From Phallusia mammillata (taxonomy: Eukaryota): a stretch of DNA of 64,000 nt. The position numbers and the translations under genes are program-made. How positions within the stretch are numbered: the first letter of the stretch is position 1; each line of letters opens with the position of its first letter. Positions 27,425 to 40,522 of this stretch are shown here, piece after piece. Below the pieces are notes generated by a model. The model was not told where the DNA came from, ran no database searches, and worked only from the letters and a program-made list of their open reading frames with translations. The stretch covers positions 28,644,001-28,708,000 of the forward strand of contig OZ281496.1 of assembly GCA_965637545.1 (NCBI GenBank). Direction: 5' to 3'.

Positions 27425-30400
27425 CCCTTGCCTAATTTGTGCCGCATTTTAAGCCACTTTCCGGTCTAATCCGGGCGTAATTGTTTTTAGTCAGGTAGAA
27501 TAAGGAATCCATTTTGGACCCGCTAACAAAACGGCCGGGTTGCAAAATAGCACACTTTTGTATTTACTGTTGCAAACAATACAAGATAAATGATTTCGCA
27601 GCAAAGTAAATACTTCTAGAGTGAGTTTGTAAAGTTTGATTGGCGCTAGTGGGCGGTATAGAACTGATAAGTGATATCTACCAAACAAGCCCACCAAGCA
27701 TCGAAACAGATCAAGGGTATACGGTCGTGCTTCCACTTGCAATAAAGTAAGGCCCTGAGTCGACGCAATGTGTCATTAATACCACGGTATTACATTTTTG
27801 GCAACTGAAATAGATCATGGGAAATTCAAAGTTTTGCAGACTTGTCCACTAAATATTATTTGTTCACCAATATATAGTTTAAACGGGAATGTGTGGGATA
27901 AACATTTTTACCAATCCATGAAATTAACTTGGAAAAGTTAAATATATTGCCATAGTCAATGACATAACCCAGCAGGGGCCCTTACATGATGTTGAAAGGT
28001 GACAAAAAGATTACCGCCTTTTCTTGAAAGTTCCGATTCACCGCAAACCATTATGTGAACGGTGATGTCATTTTATGGATTAAAGTAATGCCCAATTAGG
28101 GCTGTTTCTTTGCTAATATATAAATATTTAAACAGTCTCGCAAGATCGAATAGACGTCATCATTCAATCTTGTGTAACGCCATGGTTTGTTTACATCACC
28201 AATGTGGGTATTGTGATAGCTAATCACGGCCAATTCGTCGGGTAAATTGTTTATTATCTCTGTGTAAAATAAATACAAGTTCACGAAAGTTTGCTGAAAT
28301 CAGCAGAGCAAAACACAACATAAAAACAACGGCAACTCGAAGACGTACAAACAACAGTGGGTTCAATGGTCAAGCATAAATAAGTTTCACAACTTCGTTT
28401 CTATTTCACCACAAAGTCAGGGTCGTTATATGGAAGAGCCGGGCTCAGCATGCAACTGTAGCGGGGACGAAATTGCTCCCCGAAAACTGGGTACATTGAA
28501 GGATCCGTCAGGCGCTCAAGCAAAGTGAAGAGTAACGTCTTTCGCTGAGCAGACATTTCGGTGACAGAAGTGACATTTGCGTTTGTCTGTAAAGCAAATC
28601 GAGAAGTGAGTATGTCGTTTATAACAGAGGCAACGTAGGTGGTCTTCTGAAGAGCGGACAAAAACGTTGAACACTTTACACCGCCGTTCGCCCGAACACG
28701 ATTTGTCTAAACATGCGGCCAAATACAGTCCAAGAATCGGTAAAAATGCGGCACAAATAATGTCAAGTGTGGATTTACGCCCGAATCAAACTGGTTTCAT
28801 TCAAACTTAAGCCCCCACCCGTTCCAACTTACAACTCAGAGTTAACCCCTATATATACACAAGCCAATAGGGCTTAATTACTTTGAAAAAGCGATATCAG
28901 TAGTTTGATGTGATCGAGTAAATTATAAACGGGTGGCACTTGGGTCTGACTTGAGTTGAAAACTTTTGGAAGCAGATATATGTTTACATGTTTAGTGCGT
29001 TCTTACCTCTTGAGTTCCTGTATTCCGAACAACCTTTTGACGGACAGTACATCCGTTGGCATTGAACAAGAATTCTGAACAACGTACAAAGGCGCTTCTT
29101 TCGAGCTGGGCATTTCTACGAAGAGTAATATAAGTGTTAACAGAACTGTTTTTTTCTTGTTTAGTTGTATTGAACTTTGATAGCGTTTGTATTAAGTTAA
29201 CTGAGCGGAACAGACGTGTATATAAGCAGGCTATGTATGTGCTTTCTAATAATACTTTGAATGTACAATAAAAAATCATATGTGCAAAAATGTTACGAAC
29301 CTTTTTGGGAAGCATAAATTGTTGAATGTGACGTCTACTTCTGTCTCCAAGTTTATAAATTCTTGCGATTCCTAGAACACAAAAAACGAACCACGTTAAA
29401 AAATGGTTGAAAGCTTTCAGATCTTATCAACTGGTTGCAAGTAAGTCAGCAGTAAAGGGCAGAGCAAGCTTTTAAGCTGGCGAACTACACATTTGTCGAA
29501 AATCGTGGCGAAGAGGGTCGACCTTTTGGCGATAAGGTCTTTGATTAACACAGCGATAAACGTAATTGCAAACTTCACGCATATTTTTGCCAGGGTCATA
29601 TACAAGCTATGCTTGCAATACTTTTCTAGCAGCGAAGTACACTAACGTCAGGAGTTGCGCAAAAAAACTTATTGTAGCAGGCTTTGGAAATTACTTTCCA
29701 GTGCGATAAATACCGCAAAAACATGTAGATTGTGTTTCGCGCATGCTCCAAATAGACGGCAAAATAGCTACACGATTCGGCTTCAAGATTAGCAATCCAC
29801 AGGCGATGTTTGTTTTTAAAAGTTTTAAAGTGGCACGTTTTATTAAACACGATCTATTATCTGGGTTGTAATTGAGTTTTAAGTGATGTGCAGAATGCGC
29901 CACTAGTTCAAGCTTTAATTTAACGCGAAGGTTTCAACAGAAAGCAAATTATCTTCTCGTGTAAGCCTGGCGCAAAAAAAAATTGAAATATTCTGTGACG
30001 AAATTCCGACTCACAGCAAAGCCAACGAAACCATTTGTCCAAATAACATTTTTGCTCGCAGTGGTGCGAAATTGTTTGCTCAAGAAATTAGTTTTCGAGC
30101 GACTTAGAGACCGATGCAATGATTGGTGCTCTACAAAAAAATCTATGATTTATTCTTACCTTTGGTACTTAACGATTTAGTAGACCTGAAGCTTTTTGCA
30201 TCAGATTCAGTAAAAGACAAAACTCCCAAAACAAGTAGAATTGCAATCCATTTTGAGCAGGCAAAACAAGACATATTGAGTTTTTTGATACTTTGTAAGT
30301 CACTTATAACACAAGTCGATATTTTCTGAAACAAAAACGTTCGTTTAGTGCTGTGGTTAAGTAATTCTGGTGTTACATAAGTTCCATTAACTATTTAGGC

Positions 30401-33400
30401 ATTGCAAATTTTTATAAGTATCCAATGTTCCTTCACCGTTGAATATTTTAATGTAGTTGGCATCCACACAACTCGTGCTGGACTCAAAATGCGACAAATC
30501 CTGGCGGCGTGTCTTATTTATAGCAATGAAAACGCACAACGCCCCCCATTCAGCTTGTTTTTCTCGAACAGACGCTCACGTCCACTCGAGAGAAGAGCGC
30601 ACAACAGGTTCGTTGTGCGGGAAGCCGGACTTAAAAGCCCGGCGCCCCCTCACTCCTGGCGGCACCTTCAAACTACGTTTACGGACCAGCGAACACGTGA
30701 TCACTCTTTGATGTAATTTTCATCTGAAAGCATCGGTAAAAGTTTGTTAAGAGGTAAAAACTTTACTGGCTGTGCCCACAAAACTGAACGTGCAGGAAAA
30801 TTATCCTGGAGTGACAGCGAAGGTCACAACCGCACGACGACCTCGAACCAAGCAGGCTAAAAACTGTAATGACGCAGCGCTTTGGTTCCACGTGAGTGCG
30901 TCAGTAAACACGTTATGAGTTCGCTATTTCTGGATTCTTGAAGGTGACGATCGCTACTAAACAGAGCAAGGCATTTGGCCAGCGGATGGAGGTAATAAAA
31001 GTTAAATGCCAGGCGTTTGCGAACGACGAAGGACGCTTTGCAGTGGCATTGACCTGTAACTAGGCGAAATGGTAAACGTGCCCGGCACTTTGCACCCCGC
31101 GGTTCCCAGTCCTGTATTTAGAACGACTGTTAACGTGGCGCCATTCGCCACATAATGAGGGAAACGTCATCCTACGTCACGAGTTCGTCATCCCAACCGC
31201 AAGAGGTGAAAACAAGTCAGTCACATAATGGATTGGACTTAAGGCCCTTAACAGCAAGAGCTTTTAGGCATTAGGGGTCATCGAAAAAGTAAACTGCGTC
31301 TGTGTGGGAAATTGCTTAAACGAAAACAAAGATTCCATTTTAAGCAGGAATTTGACCCTGAAAGTGTGATAGATGGAAAAAATGTTGAAAACCTTAAGGT
31401 CAAGTTCAAAGTAGTGGTTTAATTCCCCGAAAAATGCACGCTGTAAGCTTAAGCAGGAAGCATTCAAGCTGTTTGTGGGGAAACACTTTTCACCGCAGTG
31501 GCCAAATTATCCAAAAATGACGACAAAAACATCTTAAAAGGCGTTGGCGCGACAAAACCGGGCCTACAAAAACATCAACAAACGACCTTTAAACGACCAA
31601 ATTATGATCGATCTCGCGTTGGGTTTCATTAGAAAGTGTGTGGCGCAAAGCCGAGATAGCAACCTATGGAATTCAAATTGCCAAGGAGACGCAGCTGATT
31701 GAGCCTGGCAAGAATTTGGAGGTCTGAACCCAGGCTCGACCTTAGCATCAGCAAAACAAGACGCCGGCTAATCACCTTATCGCACTTGTACAGAGGGTCG
31801 GGATACAGATCCTAGGCTACGTTGATCCTCTTTGAATATCGGGTTTCAATTGCTGACCGGACCAACGTTGATGATAAAATCGCCGTGGCGCAGGTGGAAG
31901 CACTTCACGTCTCCATCGTCTCTGAAGTCTGGTCCGTTGTTTTCGAAGAGTCTGGGAACGGTTTTTCGTCACATCTCTCTGTGCGTCAAGAGGCAATCAA
32001 ACCATCGCAAGCGTTTATTGAAATCGACACCTTGTGCGCAGTAAGCCTCGTTACGCGGCAAACAAACGCTGCAGTGTGGTTTACGGCCACTAGAGAGTTG
32101 TTTTGCGCAGTTGTTTGCGGTGGAATATAACCAGGGATTGGTTTTAGTCGGGCTGGTCCCGTTCTTTTGACTTGTTCGTGAGATTTTTTGAGTTCTTGGG
32201 ACCCATTGTCAAAATGGCTGCATTCCATTTATGCCTTATAGTCATACCAAGAAGTATAAAGTCACATTAATTTAGCAATTAAACGGGTTTCAGAACGTCA
32301 ACGGATAAACACCGCACAAAGGTTAACCATAACAGGTTTAGACCAAGCAGTGTTTTGTCGATATATTTTTGGTGTAGTTCAATTTACAGTTTTCCTTACT
32401 AACTAACACATCTTCATAAGTTCTAAATTAAAACCATAAAAAAGCTCACAAAGAATATAACCGCTTCGCATTCCCAAGGTTTCTTAACGCCACCTCAATC
32501 AATGCTACTTAATCCAAAGTTTTACTTGACGCACCAATCTGGTTTAAAATGAAAACTGAACACCTAATTATTAGAACGGCCTATAGGTTTGAGAAAGTGA
32601 CCTTGGTTTATTTTAGTTTAATGTTATTCCATACGCTAAACTTACATTTTATAACCTCTGTAAGCTGGGTGGGTTGAGTTACCCACAATATTGGTAAGAG
32701 ACCTGATCAACAACTCCAAGGGAATTATTTTCCAGTATGACTATTTAAAGAATTTACGTATACGATTCGAAAGCAAGAAGTGAAAATTTAGATGTGTTTC
32801 TGAAACAAATGAGTTTTGTATCGGCATAACCTCTTTCAATAACAACATATAGCATGAAAATGTCATGGAAGTGTTATATTCTTTTCTATGGTCATACAAC
32901 AGCCTACAGGCACCTTTATAGTTTAGAATCTGGGTACATTTCGGATATTTTGAACTGAACAATATCCATTAAATGTTTTCTGCATACGCCAACTTTTCGA
33001 CAGGGGCCATATAGAGCAACCTACACCGAAAAACAGAATCTTATAGACAAATCTTAATCTATTACTTTGTACGTCGGAACTTGGTTAGACACGAACACAA
33101 AACATTGGAAAAAAGATTCCACAATGGGTGTGTTTGCATGATAGGGCGAGCCAAATCCCGTTGGATGATCCAGGGTGCCACCTAAGATGTGATGACACGG
33201 TTTTCGTCAAGGAAGTTATTGTGCGAGGAATTGTAAAGCATTGATCATTCCCTGATGCTTGTACGCGAATGAGGAGATTGATTTCATCCCAAATATGCAA
33301 AGTCTATGACTCTGTTAACACAAGACAACACCCGCCAGAAATAAACTTTACGTCAGGATCTTGCAAACCCCAAAGCAGTGGCTTATCATTTTTGGTGTAC

Positions 33401-35680
33401 GTATATAACAGGAACTTTATAAAATGTAGTGCTGAGCACCATTTGATCACAAGCAATTAAAACGTCGACTTCATAAAAGTTACCGGTCACTTTATCCTTA
33501 TAAGATCATTCTTCTGAACAGACCATAATTTAACATATAAAAGTCGCAAAAAGGGCGGAAAAGGGCAAAATGATGATTATATGTAAGAAAAAAGTTTCAA
33601 CAGTGATTTTCGACGGTAATTTGAACATGAATTTTTTTGTAAAAGTAATGATAAAAGCTTGGAGACAAAAGTTCTTCAGTTGTCACTTAGTAAATCAGAA
33701 ACCTACATTATGCTTCTGTTCATAGTTTCGTAATTGATTGCATTTAAAAGAACCACCGACAGAGTGTAACAACTTCAGGTTGTTTCTACTTTTCGGCGAT
33801 GGCGATAACAAGAACAACACCTTAACACTAATAAAACTGAATCACCATGATTAATGCAACGTTGGTCTGTATGTAAGACAGAGGCGTGATTTAAAGCCAT
33901 TTCCATCAAGTTGTGAGAAAACAAAACTAACACCGGACACGAACACTTCAAAAACTTGATCAGCTGTTTGTACGTCGTCTTATTTTGGGTTGGTGGGCTT
34001 GTGTGGTTGTTGTAAGCCCATTAAAGGTCTTCAACCCACAACCGGTATATAGAGCACCATGCCCAGCAGTTTAAGCGCAGAGGTCCTTTGCGACAAACAA
34101 AACCATTGAGATTGAAAAAGTTTATACTTGAAAACAAGTGCAATGACGTCATGATCACATGGTAAATGACGTCACCCTTACTGAACCAAGTGTATTGGTC
34201 TGGTTTGTGTTTTTCTCGTAGTTCACATAACGCCATAGCACACCAAGTATTCCTGAATAATATAAGCTTGCGTTTTTGAGGTTTAAAACCCAGGCATGTT
34301 TAATTTCACAGTAATTGCAAACCGATGTGGACATATCGGCATGTAGGTTTTGAGTTTTGAGAATTGTGAGACGTGGGAAAGGTTAGACTCACAAAACTCA
34401 ACAAATGTTGCTTTGGGATTTCAATATCGACCGAACGCGGATACGTTAACAATTATATCCGTTTTAGATATCAATCGCAAACTTGTCATGATCATGAACT
34501 TCAAATATCTACCTTGTTATGGTTTTGTGACGTCAAAGGGGCGTTTTACATCAAAGCAACTTGAAGCTAGGATCGGTGTGCGGACAAAACGCAATTCTAT
34601 CACATCATGAAAAGTGCACGAAAAATGGTTGGTGGTGTATTGAAAACGTCATGATGGTTGTGTGAGAATACTTGCGAGTACTTTTCCTTACTCGATTGTA
34701 GAGATAGCTTTATAATATTTTTTAGGAACATAAAGCATGTTTTTTCTTGTAGATTTAGGTACCTGTATCCGATTCTCAACAATTTTAATGTAAACCAATA
34801 TATTAAGGTATTGTGTGTCATTGCGACAAAGATTTTATGTGTTTTAAAATGCAACCTTTATAGGTTAAATGTTAGTAAACACGTAAAGAGTCGATACAAG
34901 TTTAATGTGAATAAAATCAATGTTAAAGCAGGCTAAAAATTCGTTTAATCGAAACCGATTTACGCCCGGAATGTGGCAAAATTGCGCATAAATGAAACCG
35001 CATTTAAAGACATGTCCGAATTAAACCCGCTTTACTCAAACACAAGCCCAAAACAGCCCGAACCAGTCCATAAACGAAATTTAATTCGGAAAAAAATTAT
35101 TGGGATTTCAGTTGCACAAACGGCCGGTAATTCCACCGTTTACCACTAATAACCAACGGAAAAGATGATCCTTGTGTTTACAGTTCTTACTACAACCCAG
35201 TTTAGATGAGTTTAGTCGGCGGCAAAAATAGGCACGAGTGCACTTGAAGGGTCGCCAGCCGAACCCTCGGAACTAAATCCACGAAGCTGGCCGCTAAATC
35301 TACGGAATTTGTCGTATCAACGGAGGTCTTAAACGGCTTTGCTGATGTAATGGGGCTTTGCAGAGGCAACAATAGAAGCGTTGATGAGAAAGTCGTGTGG
35401 TTTTTCGTCGCTGGGTCGAATCCTCCACACAGGAAACATTGTGAGCACAGTTACTTACAAAATTAGGCTTTCTGGACCAGTGGAGAGTAACCAGTGTATG
35501 TACATAGACTTGAATTATGCCTTAAACCCAAAACCGCTAAAATTTTAAACCGTTAGCATTTTAGGTTTAAAGTTTGTGATTACCGTTGAAAACAACACTA
35601 AAGATCACATCACAACAATAAACGTTATTGCAATGTATTTAGAAGTGTAGATTTGTCTTGGTGGTAATACGTGTATATCT

Positions 35681-38175
35681 GTATATGGTATGAGTTATCG
35701 CTAACGTAAAAATGGATCGCGGGTAATTACAGGTGTTACTGCGACCTGTTGATATTTTTTGTTGACACTTTACAAACAGTTTTTAAAAAATACATGATTA
35801 TGCAGAGCGTTAACAGTTTGCTATAATATAATCCGATTTAAGTGCCTCTCTTTTGACAGATAATCCAGAAAGCTTTTAATGTAAACTTCCATTAAAATCC
35901 GATGGATTTTAATCAAAAATTAGGGTAAGGGCAGTTTGTCAATAATTCAAACTGTCCAGCAGTTTGGGGCTTTTAACAAATGGACAAATAGGTCAGACTA
36001 GATACTTCATATTTTTAGGTTTCTAGTTTCTTGAGTCATGCTATCAGGGTACAGTAAAAAAGTGGTAAAGCTCAAATTGTGCTGGAACAAACCCATTTGT
36101 TGTAGTTAGGAGAAATTACCATCTTGCGGCGATGCATCGATAAACAGCCCATGATCAGGTTTCTATTAACAGACACTGTAGAAGAGACTATGCGGCCACT
36201 GCGGTGTGTATTATCGCTAAAGATGATTGTAATCAAATCCTGATGTGTGTAAAGATAGCAACCAAAACGACTTTAAGCACCAAAGCCGTGCTTACGTATT
36301 AACCACATTGTGATAGAGTCATCATGGCATTAATGTTTAAATTTAGATGCTCCAGACAAGAAAAGCGTTGAATGTACTTTGGTGCTTGTTTTATTAGCAG
36401 AATTGATAGATATATATTAATTAATTGGCCAATATATCGATTTATATGGATTTGTTTTACAGTTAACACGCAAAAACCTACCTAGTTGCTTCAAATTTTA
36501 AGCAAGTAAAATAATGACTTTCCTGTGCATTAATCATGGAAAAATCCAGCCTGTGGTTGGATTCGAACCGATGACAGGAGTTAATGAATTTTTGTTTATC
36601 TTTCCTGTACAGCGTCATTTGAAATGCACCACAACAAATTTTATGAGTTGCAAAAGTAATTTTTACTGTACGGGTATTTACAATTGTATTCAATTGGGTC
36701 CACAAACATACATCTGTTTAACTGTCATTTGAATTGCACATGCATCTATTTTTTTCTGATTTTTAACTCCATGGTTTTCAATGAGTAGTAAAACCCACGA
36801 AAAGGCTCCCAGCAAACACCATCGGCATATGAGTTATGCGGACCACCAAAGTAATAACCATTGGGATTGCCAGCGTGGCAATGTGTGAACCATCCACCAC
36901 CTTTGTAAGTCTGAGCACAATTTCCTAAATCCGTATCTTGATCTCTGTCCTTTGTGGAGAATCTAGTACCAGTGGGTTCCAACCCATTACCTTTAACAAG
37001 TTGCAATCCATTACCTTGCAGTATGACAACAATCATCATGATTATAGGTAAAAATATTTGAGTAAAAAAAAATGTACCTGCTGGCCCGGAAAAATGTTCT
37101 TGTGTCAAGGTGTAATTGTTTCCAGAACCCACAGAAAAGTTCCTACAATAATTGAAACACGTTGTAGTTTGTGACATAATACCCTAAAAAACTCAAGCGC
37201 ATAAATATACCCGTAATATGCATAGGTTTGGTTTCCCTCAAAGTCCTCCATGTCAATTCTCATTTCATAATCGCCACTGTTTGTTAACAAGTGTAAGTTT
37301 TCAAGACCTGTAAAGCAAACGAGGTTCGCGACAATGTTGACAGGTTGAATACTCCACAACTAGCAAGTAGGTCGCAATAACAACGGTAAAATGAAAGTAG
37401 AGGTAGTAGTGAAGTAAATCCAAAGTAAGCCTCAAATGAGCCAAACTTGATGTCATTTTAACTACTTACAAGACGTATAGACTTAAAAACAAGAAATGCA
37501 TGTGGACCTGTCCAAGAAACGCTATCCGCAAGCTGATTGAAAAAAAAAACAGCCGAATTGGGCAAAGAAAAACTTTGTAACTTTGGCACTTAGCTGTGGT
37601 AAGTTATTTGGCGAGCCATTAAAATGTTGTGGCGGCGATTAGCCATATTTCTTTTTTAGACCAGTTGCATTATCATGTTTTTCACTTGGTTGTTTAAAAA
37701 ATAATCCACTGCCTCAAGTTGTTGGACAACACAGTGGAAGAAAAACCGCAAACAATTTAGAACATTTAGTCGACGGTTGTTGCACGTGTTTTGCTTTTCA
37801 ACACTCACCCAACCAGAATTCGCCATCTAGTTTTCCAAATCCGTTTACGTATTCATCCCATCCACGATCGAAGTTTTCTGAACCATCTTTTCTTTTCTGG
37901 AAAACCTATACGTACATTTTCTTCTTTACGATATGATTGTTCATGATTAATTCATTTACCCTACCAGCCATCCGCCACCGTCTGTCGCCAAATCACAGTA
38001 AACTTTGACTCCCTGACGCCCTCCAGCGAGCGGGTAAATCGTATAAACGCCACCGGTGTCGTTTGCATATCGAGGTGAAACATCTCGACAAGATTTTGGA
38101 TTGATAGCAGCTGAACATAAACGATGAAAAAAGGAAATAGTTACTGGACAAGACAGTTGATTTTTTTGGCTTTAC
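35681..38175. repeat. Segmental duplication, copy 1 (partner about 45507-47910, same orientation)
   Basis: About 1 kb of non-coding 3' flank plus the five FBG exons and most of their introns align at high identity by eye with the gene C region. Confidence 0.92.
36545..36585 (-). repeat. tRNA B-box-like fragment (possible SINE relic); duplicate at about 46371-46410, similar motif at about 35410-35435 (+)
   Basis: GGTTCGAATCC followed by aaccacagg; no A box or cloverleaf found. Confidence 0.3.
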
Positions 38176-40009
38176 TTGACAAAAATATGCAGTAGAGCTG
38201 AAGGTTGAGATATGCATCATTTGATAAAGTTTACTTCAAACAGATTAAAGCATTTGTTGAATGTTTCCTGAATAAACTGTCAACATGTTGCTCCATTTTG
38301 ACAAATTTCGATATTTTGCGTGCAATAGTCAGGAACTGAACAATATGAAAAAGCTCATTTGAAATAACCATCAAGTATTCAAATATCATTTTGACATGTT
38401 GAGAATGAAAATAATTGTCAGTTACCGCATTGTCTGCCATTTCCTGTGTAGTTTGCGTTGCATGAACATTGGAAACTACCCACTGTGTTATTGCAAGTTG
38501 CGTATTGGTGACAGTTGTGTGTTCCACTCATACATTCGTCGATGTCTAAATAAAAGTTTATTGCATGCATAACAATCTTCGTGCAACACTGAACTACTGA
38601 AAATAATTGTCAGCTACCGCATTGTCTGCCATTTCCTGTGTAGTTTGCGTTGCATGAACATTGGAAACTACCCACTGTGTTATTGCAAGTTGCGTATTGG
38701 TGACAGTTGTGTGTTCCACTCATACATTCGTCGATGTCTAAATAAAAGAGTATTGCATGCATAACAATCTTCTTGCAACACTGAACTACTTTGCTTACCA
38801 ATTTCACAGTCCTCTCCTTTGGTCCCTGGTAGACAGGAACAGAATTCCGCATCGATTCCCGACAAACATTGACCTTCGTTTTGACAGCTTCGAAAGCAAG
38901 TTTCTTCCTCTGAAAAATTGAAACAATAGGATTGTGAGTTTAACTTCTTTGTGAAACTTAGTATTGTAGCGTTGTGTAGTAAGCCAGCCCATAATATTAT
39001 TAATGCTTTGTTAATAAAAATAAAATCTACAAAAACATACCAACAAAGTTAAAAGAACTGCGCAAAATTCCACATGGCTGCGTTCCTTTACTTTCACGCA
39101 AGTAAAAGGTCACCGCCCCTCCCCTATCTGAAAGCAAATTGAATTTTAATTTTTTGAAAACAAACAAATAATAATCTACAAACCAGTTAAAACCCCTGCA
39201 TTAATAGCAGACGCACAGACAGAGGAATTGCTGTTGTACAGGTTTGTCCCACACACGTAGTTGGAACGACAACCGGAAGGACAAACCGCATGAGTGATTG
39301 AAAATTCGGAGTTCCCTTTTGTGCTGCATTTCACTATTCGCACAAGCAAACAAATTATGGTGTTTGCCTTGTAATGTAGGATATGAGAAATCTTACTTTG
39401 AAAAGAATATGTATTTGAGACAGAATCACATGATTCGCTGATTACGCCAAATCTTGTTGTGCCTTCATACTTGGGAAGTGGGTCGCTTTGAAACACTTCA
39501 AAATATCCTCCTTCCACTAAAAAATAGTTTTAACACTAATCAAAGTTGTATTTGTTACAAAGCAAATGTAAGATAAACACGATAAAAACACACTACTTAA
39601 CACAAACTTTGCATGTGTTTCAAGTTGTAAGACAATGTACGGGTTCACTGTGGGCAACACTCCGATCAAATGAGACGACTTACTGTCTATCAGTCCAGCG
39701 TGCATCGCAGCAAGACACAGAGGACCGCTGGCGTAGTCGTCAGTCCCACATAATTCTGCATGTTGCATCCAACAGCCGCCGGGACAAATTACTTTTGTGA
39801 TCGAGTGTTTCAAATCCGACAATTTTGTGTCGCATGTGGCTAAACACAAGTTAAGTCTTTCAATTCATCATGCCATATAGTGTGTAGAAAAATATTACAG
39901 CGCAGTTTTTACAGTGTAACTTTGGCAACTTGCGTGCACTACATAAACGTACCTTCATGCAGAAACATGTGGAAACTAACAATGCGAAAGCGAAAATAGT
40001 TTTATGCAT
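36746..40009 (-). CDS. Gene A: putative secreted LCCL-LCCL-EGF-cbEGF-cbEGF-fibrinogen-domain protein (first junction unresolved)
   Basis: Exons: 40009-39953 ([19 protein letters not shown], signal-like; phase-0 donor does not fit the next exon); 39839-39684 and 39516-39397 (LCCL1: [44 protein letters not shown]); 39333-39184 and 39127-39041 (LCCL2, shortened); 38909-38799 (EGF); 38737-38618 and 38545-38426 ([17 protein letters not shown] cbEGF); FBG 38110-37965, 37905-37809, 37307-37211, 37142-37078, 36990(or 37014)-36746. The frame is open from 39839 to the stop. Confidence 0.85.
38407..38790. repeat. 192-bp tandem duplication of a cbEGF exon plus intron
   Basis: The two 120-nt exons are identical; the flanking intron parts differ at only a few bases. 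Confidence 0.95.
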
Positions 40010-40522
40010 TTTTGGTAAACGTGCTTTGCAAGGAATACTACCTCTTGTGTAGAGCATGTTTGTACACATATGGTGCCTAGTATAATTTCATACAGGCGGT
40101 ATTTTTATCATTAATGTGATAATGTAATAAGTCAGTCAAAACGATCAACTAATGGATGGATTCTTTCTAATGGATTCTTTGAATAAACAATTACTCGTGT
40201 ATGACGTAACATAAGGTATAGATTAAAAAATGCAAAAAGGTTTGCAACAAAACAAAAATAAAACAGAAAAGTCATAGATAAACAAGGCAGTGAAACTAAT
40301 AATAAAGATTAACACAAGTACATTGAAGAGGCCTTAAATGCACACGAACCTGGAAGCGAGATTTAAAATGAATTGTAAAACAAATAACAAACAAAGCAAA
40401 TTGGACAGTAACCTTATCGTCTAAACGTCATTTTACAAAAGAAAAAACTAGTTCATATTACGACTGTACATATTCTGAACAAGAATATACCTATATTTCT
40501 ACCGATGTGCAAAAGTTTAAAC

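Noticed and set aside
28516-28722. Cys-rich ORF faintly resembling a piggyBac C-terminal cysteine-rich domain
   Set aside because: Cys spacing does not fit, and there is no transposase core, TIR or TTAA boundary.
31776-32130. GC-richer block with ORFs on both strands, a VKCFH (BIR-like) string and exon-like ends
   Set aside because: BIR Cys/His ligands are absent and all candidate exon frames contain stops.
35395-35445. Possible tRNA gene from a T-loop-like gtcgctgggtcgaatcc
   Set aside because: No A box, D arm or acceptor stem; at most a SINE relic.
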